Assembly: GCA_965240325.2 (NCBI GenBank)
Contig: OZ251222.1
Span: forward strand, 4,030,001 to 4,094,000
Source: Rebecca billardiae RCC1528
Taxonomy: Eukaryota > Protista > Haptophyta
Length of the DNA: 64,000 nt
Direction: 5' to 3'
Notes under the pieces: generated by a model
Told to the model about the DNA's origin: nothing
Database searches by the model: none
The model's input: only the letters and a program-made list of their open reading frames with translations
Part shown: in pieces, positions 33,401 through 42,495 of the stretch
Position numbering within the stretch: position 1 is the stretch's first letter
Layout of the letters: the number at the start of each line of letters is the position of its first letter
Made by a program: the position numbers and the translations under genes

Positions 33401-33951
33401 TGTGCGCCGCGCCGCCCGGCGCGTTCGACCCGTCGATGCTGCGCGCGCTCGGGCAGGCGTGGCTCACGATGAGCGCCGAGGGCAGCGCCGCGCTGCCGCC
33501 GCCCGACAGCGCCGCGGCGGTGCTGCGCGCGGTGCGCGCGCAGCTCGAACAGAGGCGGCAGGCGGGCCCGTCGCGCCCGCACCGCGCGGCCTCGCGCGAG
33601 CTCCGCGCGTGCGGCTGGGCGCACGAGTGCGAGCTCGCCGTCGAGGGCGGCGCCCTGCTGCTCGACATGGCCGACACCACGCGCCGCATCGCCGTCGAGT
33701 ACGACGGCCCGACGCACTTCTTGCACAGCTGCTGCGCGCACCAGGCGTGGGGCGGGCGCGGCGCGGTGGAGGACGGGAGCACGCGCTGGCACACGCGCAT
33801 GCTGCGCGCCCTCGGCTGGCGCGTCCTCCGCCTTCCGTACGCCGAGCACGACCTGGAGGAGGACGGGCGGGAGATGCGCGCGCGCGTGCGCGCCTTCTAC
33901 CACGACCGGCTCGCCCCGCTGCTGCGAGGGCCGTCGCGGGCCGGCGAGTGA
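30442..33951 (+). CDS. Organelle-targeted helical-repeat RNA-binding protein with C-terminal RAP domain (FASTK/OPR/HPR-like)
   Basis: Arg/Ala-rich transit-peptide-like N-terminus. Repeats such as FDTQGLANTAWALAK, LRPHELAQLCWACA and LQPQHLSTLLWAWARL. RAP motif LLDMA...IAVEYDGPTHF...TRMLRALGWRVLRLPY. Confidence 0.88.
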   Translation: MQAALRAAGACRLVARRGACTPRPALATAARWHLAAPARPSSAAQAHAAEPASPSPFGWQLDRAQTTSHVLRVWSDRSSAFAPSDYARAVRRLVRTACNAPELRRDLRFRQLVAELASQLDARAEAFDGRSLAQLASSLVKLDPISAEAKLALRAIAHTARERAPAFDGGALSTLAVAFASARVPGRGALYDALETAVLGRVAELDGRALANLPWAFRRAGVPAPRLHAALAPACTRARVASLREGELAMLAWAYGQCAEGAGRSSAARVLDEVARAAEPRMAGLHPRNVSTIALALARAGGGAGGSDAARACLRAAAAQLRARADGFDTQGLANTAWALAKGGCGDMRAFTRVAEVAICRLPSMRPDEMCMLARALATAATGHAAAARGAHAAAPGPDAGVEPRARAVPPPLRALVSAVARRAGSPAESLRPAERAAVAWALASVGVGEAERGAFDSLARAAARHAAELRPHELAQLCWACASAGGAPADAVGALARACADVADARLQPQHLSTLLWAWARLARRDGCRSAAEEQTLLRLARACEAGVGALSPAQLATAVWALSRQDEQQQQQQPAWPPAARAPGDRPAARADWAVAAGAAGAGADGAAFRAAAVPTGASAALRSSPSAPGPDGTARGRALAALGARAQAVVPAMAPNQLASAAEAFATAGVRAPALYGAIAARAAECLDRFEPRHLRPLAWGLASGAAGAQPPLHLLRRVGERALRERARLSLYELAGIARALSCALGAPAPLEAESAHARHTPPHADDGVGLAPGGSGERAGGSAHSSGAGTDERAPLIALRASLDRLGAEAAPRVDALRARASRARLGAAEERRAARIAVDLASAFAHAPDPPLPLLCASAALGAAVAPALRGHEASRLAWALASARVSAPTVQRALGARLTEHARASELEPEQMLHVAWAYARTGEAAPELLDALAASARERACVPRLRARALCVWLWAYAVQGGTARAAREPLLSALWAQVCAAPPGAFDPSMLRALGQAWLTMSAEGSAALPPPDSAAAVLRAVRAQLEQRRQAGPSRPHRAASRELRACGWAHECELAVEGGALLLDMADTTRRIAVEYDGPTHFLHSCCAHQAWGGRGAVEDGSTRWHTRMLRALGWRVLRLPYAEHDLEEDGREMRARVRAFYHDRLAPLLRGPSRAGE

Positions 33952-34159
33952 AGGAGCCGCGCCGCAGCCGCAGCTCACCGGCTTGCGCGCCTCTCGTTGA
34001 CGCGATGCTGCAGCTGCTGCATGTCATCGGGCCCGATGAGCTTGGGGGCTGCCCTACTGAGGCTCATTATTGGCTCCTGGCTGGGCCCCGGGCCCCAGAC
34101 TGCCCTGTCATTGGCCCGTCCCCCCGGGGTCGGGTGGTGCCAATCAATCAATAATAAAT

Positions 34160-34198
34160 AATACGTATATATATTATAATATATATATACATATGTAA

Positions 34199-34252
<54 letters not shown>
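34160..34252. repeat. (TA)n microsatellite / AT-rich tract between convergent genes
   Basis: About 25 perfect TA units at 34202-34252 plus degenerate flank. Confidence 0.95.
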
Positions 34253-34253
<1 letters not shown>

Positions 34254-34416
34254 TGCTACCACTATACGACAGGCGACGTGTCTCAGGTAATCGAGTTATG
34301 AAGCATGCGCTACTGGCGGTCGTGGCGGTTGCAGCAGCCGTCGTGGCATTACGGTCGTAGTAGTCGTGATGCCCGCCGGGGCGTACCTGTTGCAGGCGAT
34401 CTGACTGGGTCACCGG

Positions 34417-36797
34417 TCAGCCGTCGCCGCGACTTAGCGGTAGACTGGTTGTTGATGCTCGGGGGCAGGATTGTCCGAATCGCCTGCGCAGCTCGTAGGC
34501 CTCGCGCTCCAGCCTCTGACTGCCATTGAACTCACCATAGCACGTAATAGCGCTGCCCTTGACGATAGATGCCTCACCGTGCGCCTTCAGGGTCGGGATG
34601 CGCTTGACCAGCTTGACGATGCTCTCGCTGACGTAGTTGGCGATTTTGGGGTGCAGCATGACAATCTTGCTGGAGGTCAGCCAAGGGCCGCACATGTTCA
34701 GCTGGCGCTGCTTCGGGTACTGCGAGAGGCGATGCAAGCCCGAGGCGCGACAGCATCGCGCGCGCGCGCGTGGGCAGGAACGCGTGAGCACATGGGCACG
34801 CGGAGCGCTCAGTGCACGCTGACGCGCGCGCACGCTCGAGGGCGCGGGCGCTGCGCGCACGTAGAACACAAAGTCGATGCACATCTCCGACTCTGACTTG
34901 AAGCCGAACGACAGCTCCTTCTCTCGCGCGATTCGCTCCGGCACGCGGTACGTGCAGTCCACCGTCCACCAGTCCCCGCGCTCGATCGTCGAGCCGGCGC
35001 CCACCGAGCGTGCCTCGGGCGCGGACGACGCGCCAAAGTCGAAGTACTCGATGCTGTCCGCGCGCTTGACGCGGCCCTTGGCGTCGTACTGCGTCGTGAC
35101 CATGTGCGACCCGTAAGTGTGCATGTGCAGCCCGCGGCGGAAGATGTGCAGCGCGGGCACCTTCACCTTCTCCATCGTGCACCTGGGCGGGCACACGTAC
35201 GTGAAGCGATTCAAGCCCGAGCCCACCTGCAGCCCCACGGAGGCCACTGCCGGGTCACCGAGCTGGAGAACACCAACGTCGTACTTGCGCAGCTGGTCCG
35301 TCACGTAGAGATCGACACCGGACGAGTCGTACACCTCCGCGCCCGGCGCGATCTCGTAGTGGAACTGCAGTGGTGGGAGGGATCGGGCGCGGGGGGCAGC
35401 AGCACGGCATCCGGGCGGAGGCGAGGCGTCCATTGGTGGGTGGCAGTGCCCGTTTGGAGCCACTCGGCATCAAGCTCTGTTGACAGCCTGGGCTGATGCT
35501 CGGAGCGCCTCGCGCGGACGTCCGTGCCGCGCGCGGTGCAGACGGCACACGCGCGCGTCGCGGGACGCGGCTGCACCTGCAGCGTGAACGAGCGGTAGTG
35601 CTTGTCGCCCGCGCGGATCCCCGCCTCGGCGGGCGTGATCAGCGGCCCGACGCCCTTTGTCCAAAACCAGAGGTCGTCCGCAAAGTACTCGCTCACCATC
35701 TTCATGCACGGGGCCTCCGAGCCCTTGAAGCCAAAGTGGTGAATCATGTTCACGTTCTCCTTCGGCTCGATGTGCGCGTCGATCGCCACGATGTGCACCG
35801 ACTGCCCCTGCAGCAGCCCCGACACCGCCTTCGCGTCGAAGCACACGTTTGTGTACATGGCCGCCGCGTCCTGCGCCATGCGCTGCGCGCGCTTGTGCTG
35901 GCTGGCCAGCGTGACGACGCGCACGTTTGGGTCGGCCCTGAGGTTGGCGAGCGGGTCGTACACGCAGTTGCGCGCGTGGAAGCGCAGCTGCGTCACGATC
36001 AGCGCGTCGCGGCCGTGCACGTGCTCGCCTGGCGGCGCCTGCGCGTGCTCAGCCAAGTACGCGCCCACGCCCGCCATCAGCACCACCTTGGTTGGCAGCC
36101 ATGGCATCTCGCCGTCGATCTCAAAGTCACGGTCTTGCGTGCGGTCGTCCGAGCGCACGCGGCGCACCATCTGCACGTACGCTCGGAGGCCGCCGTCCGG
36201 CGTGGGCTCGGCCCTGGCGCCGAGCAGCTGCCAGTCCGCACGCGTGTCTCGGATGAGGTGCGGCGTCTCGCGCGTGTGCGCGTCCATCAGCACGCCGGTG
36301 GAGGACTGGAAGTAGGCGACGTCCGCGCCGAGCATACGCCCAGCCTCGCCGAGGCCGAAGAGGATCCACCACCCCTTGCTCCTCGCGAGCGCGGCGGTGC
36401 TGTTGTCGAAGCGAGCGACGAGCATGAGAGCAATGGATCTGTTGCCGCACGCCGTGCGCTCGGGCGGCTTTGGGGGCTCGCCGAGGGGGCGCTGTCGCGC
36501 CTTGGATGCGGACGTCTTGATGCCTTTAGCCGACGTGGACCAGCCCATGGCGAGCTCCCTGCCGTGGCCTCGCAACAGTGGCGGCAGCGCGTGATGCACC
36601 TTGCGCGCGACGAGATTCTGGTATTGGCAGCCGTCGTGCCGTGCAGATGCTGACTCGAACGTCCAGTGCACCTCGATGCTCGGCTCATGCTGGCGCTCGT
36701 ACACCGCTGAGCACGTGAACCCACGCTCAGTCGAGCGCCCAAGCGAGTCGGGCGCCGAGTGCCCCAGCAGCAGGGCGAGCACCGCGGCGGATGCCAT
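34417..36797 (-). CDS. Secreted DOMON + copper type II ascorbate-dependent monooxygenase (DBH/MOXD1-like), 3 exons
   Basis: Introns 35576-35365 and 34860-34720. Signal peptide; DOMON-like WILFGL...MLGADV; CuH ligands MIHH and LQFHY; CuM ligands LHMH and EMC (SEMCIDFVFYYP after splicing). Confidence 0.88.
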
Positions 36798-37005
36798 GCC
36801 CGCCTCGCGTCAGCCACCAGGAAACGTTCATCAGTCAGACCGTCTGATCGTGAGCCCCGTATTCGCTCAGACCGGTATCTAGAATATTGCTCTGATGAGC
36901 GACGATGTATCGGCGCACATGGATGAATATGAATGGATGAATATGAATATGCATATTACCATCCCGAAGCCAAATCGATTGCATATGAGCGGAACGATCA
37001 TACTA

Positions 37006-37881
37006 TTGATGGTGCAAAGAAACCTAGAGCCCCGGCGCCCGGCGATGATATGACGACCGTCAGCTGTCTTAAGTATGACGCTGCGGCTGCCAGCTAACCA
37101 TCAATCTGAGCAGTTCATTTAAGACGAAGTCCTCAGGGCTGGCACGTGCGCACGGCGGCGTCGTCTGCATCAGCGAGTGCCGAGTCTGCAGCGCGCTGTC
37201 TGCACCCGGCTATCAACGTCTGAAGGTGGTCGTGATTCGTGAAGCTGCCGCCGGCGTGCAGCGGCGGCTGCAACTCACTCTCTAGTGTGACGCGAATATT
37301 ATTAGCTCCCAGCGGCATGGTGGCCGTGCGGCCAATAAGTCATTCTGGGTCTCCTCGACCACGCTCAGAAGCCCAGTCAACCCGCTGGCCTGGTTCACAC
37401 GCCCAGAGCTAATATTGCAGTCTGAAGTTGGGTGGGTGGCACTCTCGACGACGGCACGCGGACGGTCGTGATGCACGCGGGACAGCACATCAGGGGCATT
37501 CGGTGCACTAGCGAGGGTGGCATACGATGCCATCTCGACGTATGCATCCGTAGTATACTTGCCCGGCCCCAGGCGCCCTGTCATCCGGCACAATGTCACG
37601 TGCGTGGGCTTCACGCGGTCGTGATCGCGGGGTTCAACATGCTGTTCCGAACGATTACGAGCGCACACACGCGCGCCGGCGCGAGGCGAGCGAGAGGAAT
37701 GCACCCCTCGCGTGCTCGCGCGGGCAAACGCACTTCACGAGCATCCCACAGGCGCCAAGAACTTTCTCCGATGGCGATGCGCAAGCCGCTAGCCCCCACA
37801 AGCGCGGGGCGAACCACGCCGCGGGGCGGTGTCGCCGCTTCCCGCGCTGGGCCGGGGCTCTCGGTTTTCTTGCAACGTCAA
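37006..37881. mobile_element. Degenerate TA-flanked non-autonomous DNA transposon (~876 bp)
   Basis: Imperfect ~40-bp TIRs: left TA|TTGATGGTGCAAAGAAACCTAGAGCCCCGGCGCCCGGCG; right (reverse complement) TA|TTGACGTTGCAAGAAAACCGAGAGCCCCGGCCCAGCG. Confidence 0.6.
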
Positions 37882-37962
37882 TATCAGAATAGACGCGCGC
37901 TCACAGGTATGTATGATAGCGCGCCGACGAAACTACTGCTGAAACAGTGTTTATAATATTAA

Positions 37963-38090
37963 CGACGTGGTATGCAACGGGCAGGCGTCAGAGTCAGCAA
38001 GCTGTAGTGTCAGCAGATCCGGAGCCAGCAGCAGTAGACAAACACTACTGTCACCAGGATCAGCGCTCCTCGCCGTCGTCCCCCCCCCCC
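37963..38090 (-). mobile_element. Short SINE-like retroposon, copy 2
   Basis: First 45 bp identical to 10749-10793; ends in C11 (38080-38090); AT-rich flank TTATAATATTAA. No clear TSD. Confidence 0.7.
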
Positions 38091-38271
38091 TCGTAGTCGC
38101 CCATCACTCCATCGCCGAGCGGAAGCTCGACGCAGTACGCACCGTCTGGCGTCGACGCGTGAGATAATATATTGTCAAAAATAATGCAATCGAACAAATA
38201 ACGAATATCTATTACAGCCACGAGTGACGGCCCGCCGGCCCGCGGAACGTGTCGCCACGCCCCGATCGAAG

Positions 38272-39971
38272 TCATGACGCCACCGCCGCCCCGCCCGGCT
38301 GGATGCTCTTGCGCGACACTGGCTTCTTCGCCAGCTGGCGCCGCCGCCCCTGCTTGGGCCTGCGCACCGAGAGCAGCCACTCGGGCACCTCCGAGCCCGA
38401 CGCCTTGATCACGTTGGCGATCGGCCGCAGGAACTCGACGTCCGCGTCGGTGAAGAAGGTGATGGCGCGCCCGCGCCGGCCGGCGCGGCCCGTGCGGCCG
38501 ACTCGGTGGATGTAGCTCTGCGTGGTGGTGGGGATGTCGTAGTTGATGACGAGGCTGACGCCCTTGAAGTCGATGCCGCGCGCCATCAGCTCCGTCGTGA
38601 TCAGCACCCAGATCCGCCCCGCGCGCAGCCCGCTCACCACGGCCTCGCGCTGCGCGGCCGTGCGCTGCGCGTGCATCACGTCAGCGTTCACGTTGGCGTA
38701 CACGAGCATGCTGCGCGCACACACAGAGCGCAGGGGGTTAGGGGGAGGGGCGGGCGCGCAGGGTGCGACTGAGCGCGCTGCGGCGCATGCCTCGACGCGC
38801 CCACGCAGCCGCGCCCGCCGCGCGCACGCCCTCACCGGAAGAGCTGATCCGCGCGCTCCTTCGACTGCACAAAGATGAGGACCGGCGGCGTGAGCCCCTC
38901 CTGCACCAGCTGCTTCATCGCGAGGATCTTGCCGTCCTCGCGCCCCACGTACACCAGCCGCTGCTCCACGTCGTGCGCCGCGGCGTTGCGCTCGCCCACC
39001 GTGATCGCGAGCGGGTCGCGCAGCACGGAGCGTGCCAGCTCCTCCACAGCGGGCGGGATGGTCGCCGAGAACATCGCGCGCTGCACCTCGGCGCCCTCGC
39101 ACGCGGCGAGGACCTCGTCGACCTGCTCGACGAAGCCGAGCTCGAGCAGCCGGTCCGCCTCGTCGAGCACCACCACCGAGACGGCGCCGAGCGACAGCTG
39201 CGCGTTCGCCAGCAGGTGCACGAGCCGCAGCGGCGTGGAGACCAGGACGTCGTGCTTGCGCCACGCGACGGGCCGCTCCTTGCCGCGCACGGCCGCTGGC
39301 TTGGCGAGCACGCAGAGGCCGAAGCGCGGGCCCTCGGCGAGGCGGCTGAGCTCGCGGTGGATCTGCTGCGCCAGCTCGCGCGTCGGCGCCACGACCAGCC
39401 CGCGCACGCCGCGCTTCGCCGGCGCGCGCAGCCTCGCGAGCAGCGGGAGCAGGTACGCGGCCGTCTTGCCCGAGCCGGTGGGCGCGCACACGAGCACGTC
39501 GCGCCCGCCGAGCATGGCGGGGATGCACTGCATCTGCACCGGGGTGAGCGTGGTGTACCCCGCTTGCGTCACGTTGCGCGACAGGTACGCGCGCACGCCG
39601 GGCAGCGCGGCGAGCTCGTCGGACGTCGAGATGGGCGGCGGCGCGCCGTCCGACACCTTGATGCGGTGCGCACGGCGGAGCGCGCCGGCGCTCTGGGGCG
39701 CGCGAGCCGCCGGTGCGTCGTCCGCGGCTGCGTGCGACGGGTGCTCCTTCTGGGAGCCAGGCGCCGGCGCGCCGCCCTCAGCAGCCCCCTGCTTGCGCCG
39801 CTTCGGCGCGGGCGTCTCGTCCCCGAAGAAGTCGAGGGAGCCGATCACGTCGCCCGACGCCGCGGGCGTGACCGCGTCGAAGTCGGCGGGCTGGGCCAGG
39901 CCGGAGCGCTCGCGCACGCGCCGGTCCTTGAAGCGGGCCCCCGCGGACAGCTTGTGGAAAAAGTCGTCCAT
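38272..39971 (-). CDS. ROK1: DEAD-box RNA helicase ROK1/DDX52, 2 exons
   Basis: APTGSGKT, PTRELAQQ, DEADRL, SAT, PPVLIFVQSKERA, ARGIDFKGV, YIHRVGRTGRAG and a ROK1-type tail IANVIKASGSEVPEW. Intron 38835-38711. Confidence 0.93.
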
Positions 39972-40169
39972 CGCAGCCCGCTGCTTTGCCCAAAGGTGGT
40001 GAGGCTCTCGTCGTCACGAGGGCGCAGCCATGGACTGCGTGGCGACGACGGGCGCGCGCGCCCGGACCGCCGACCGCCGACCGGCACGGACGTGTCCGGT
40101 ATTGCCGTCCCAGTCAGCTTTCGGGCCGCGCCCGCCGCCGCCACCCTCGCGCGCGCGCTGGCCGAGGAG

Positions 40170-42078
40170 ATGCACCGTCCCCTACTACGCCAGCCCTCGG
40201 CGGTGACGGTCGACTTTGATGCAGACCCGCTGCTCGAATCGCTCGGCTCCACAGACGCCGTCCACGCCGTGATGGGCGAGCTCGGCGTCGTGGCAATGTG
40301 TCGGCTGGCATGCGTCTCGCGGCAGTGGCGAGACCTCGTCACATCCGACGACGTGGCATGGCGCGAGCTCGCGCGCGGCATCGGGCTGAGCGAGCCACCA
40401 CCAGGGCTCACGTGGCGCCTCGCCGTGCGCGAGGCGTGGTCCATCCTCGTCGGCGACGCGCTCGTGGTCGTGGACACGTACGACATCCCCTCGGTGGCGC
40501 GCGTGATGGCCAAGGTGGACGACCCGGCCCTCGGCCCGCTGCTGCTGCTGCACTACGAAGGGTGCGCGCACGCCGCGCGCACGCTCGCGCGATGCCCTCG
40601 CTCACGCCCGCCCGGCCGCGCGCCCGCCCGCCCCCGCCCCTCTGGGGTGCAGCTGGTCTGAGCAGTGGTTCATGTGGGTGCACCGGCTGCACGACCGCGA
40701 CCGCATCCGGCCCCTCTCCAACTCGTGCCCGGGCGTCGGCTCGCGCGGGCAGTACACGGCCGCCATGTTCGCCGAGAAGGTGGAGCACGCGCACTCCGTG
40801 CTCATGCAGGGCACGTCCACGTGGCCGGTCACGGCCGGGCGGCGCGCTGGCCGCTGGCCGTGGCCGTACACGCAGGGCCGCAGCCGCTCGGCGCCGCAGC
40901 CGTTCACCGTGCGGATCGAGGACCCCGAGCGCTGGCGCGCCTCGCAGCTCTACCGCCCGTTCAGCACGTGCACGGAGCTCGCGCAGGACCCGCGCGACTG
41001 CGCGCGCGTGCACGCGGCGGCAACCCTCCGCGGTGACCCGGACGCAGACGCCGCGTACCAGGCCGGCCTCGTGGCTGAGAGCCTCGCGGCCGCGGCGGCG
41101 GCGGAGGGGCGGCCTGAGCAGCCCGCGGCGCACGGCGGGGACGGCGAGGCGGGCTCGGGGGACGAGGAGGAGGAGGAGGACGAGGAGGACAACGGGGAGG
41201 AGGAGAGCGCCCACCAGCCCCCGCCCGCCGCTGGCGCCGGCGGCGCGGCTGCGTCCGACTGGTCTGTGGGGCAGCGCATCGAGGCGTGTGACTATGTTGG
41301 CGAGTGGTACACGGCGCGCGTCGCCGACGTGGCCGTGGAGAACGGGCAGCGCAGGGTCCTGTGCCACTTCGAGGGGTGGAGCGATCGGTACGCCGTGCGT
41401 GCGCACGCCCGTGGAGACGCGCACCGCGTCCGGACATGCGCCGTGCCGCCGCGCGTGGCTGGCGCGTGCGCCGAGCCGTGCTGCCACGCAGCTGCGGCTG
41501 CTGCGCTAACTCTGTGCTGTGCGCGCGCCCGCTGTCCGGCGCCCGTGTGCCCACCTCCACGCGCGAGCAGCTGGGACGAGTGGCACGCGGCGAGTGCCCC
41601 CACGCTGCGGCCGTACATGGGCCTGGAGCGATACGGCGCGGCCGGGTCCGAGCTGCACGCGCCCCGGTGGACAGGGGCGCTCGCAGGCGGGCACGGCGCG
41701 CCGGGTGGTGGCGGCGCGCCACACGAGCTGCGCGCGCCGCCGGCGGCACTCCTCAGCTTGGCGGTGGGTGGCGCCGCGGGCGCCGACGGCGGGGCCTCCT
41801 GGCGCTTGCCATTCGCCGTGCAGGTGCCGCCGTCCTCGCCGCCGCCGACTTCGCTCAGCGTGCGCGAGGCCGCGGCAGATGCAGACGTGTACGCGCGGCT
41901 GGTGCGCGTGCACGAGCTGCTCGAGCGGCTCGTGTCCGTCTCGCCGATGCTGCAGCAGCTCGTGCGCCGCGCGCTGCCTGTGCCGGGCGCCGCGTGGCGC
42001 GTGCTGCTCCGCCCCGCGCTCCGCTTGCTGCTCGGCGTGGTCGAGGCCCTTCTGCAGTGGATGCTCAGCGGTGCCTAG
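40170..42078 (+). CDS. F-box-like protein with two Tudor/MBT/chromo-barrel-like repeats, 3 exons
   Basis: F-box-like CRLACVSRQWRDLVTSDDVAW. Splicing introns 40562-40652 and 41388-41570 restores LHYEGWSEQWFMW and CHFEGWSDRWDEW; acidic linker between them. Start codon uncertain. Confidence 0.72.
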
Positions 42079-42399
42079 CGCTGCGATTGAGTCTGCCTGA
42101 CTGTCACTGGCGGTAGTATTGACTATTGTCGTACACTGTATGCTACTCAGTAGTCAGTGTGGCGGCGCCACCGCCCCGCCGGCGCGGGCGGCCGTTACGC
42201 AGCAGGGCCATTATTGGAAGCGTTGGCGGATTTAGTCAGCGTGGCTTCCGATACTCGCCAGTCGCCACGTTACCCGCCCTGTATGGGGGTACCTGGACAC
42301 TTTACGGTAACCGGTGCTGGCAGCACCGGCAAGGAGCTCGCCGTCAGGTGCAGCCGTCTGTTGGGCTTCGCCGCGCGGCTCAGCTCGTGGGTCGGGCGC

Positions 42400-42433
<34 letters not shown>
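42400..42433 (+). repeat. (GCA)n trinucleotide repeat in the presumed 5' UTR of the giant gene
   Basis: About 11 GCA units, ~60 bp upstream of ATG 42496. Confidence 0.9.
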
Positions 42434-42435
<2 letters not shown>

Positions 42436-42495
42436 GCGGCGAGTGCCGATCGCTCGCGCGCCCCTCGAAGCCACCGCTACCCCTCAACTCGGCCC

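Noticed and set aside
30301-33978. Long antisense ORFs over the RAP gene (similar ones overlie SulP, the glycosyltransferase, ROK1 and the giant gene)
   Set aside because: Arg/Ala-rich shadow ORFs without motifs, caused by stop-codon scarcity in high-GC coding DNA.
42157-42495. Upstream in-frame extension with poly-Ala ahead of the giant gene
   Set aside because: Begins at GTG in intergenic-textured DNA; ATG 42496 directly yields a signal peptide.
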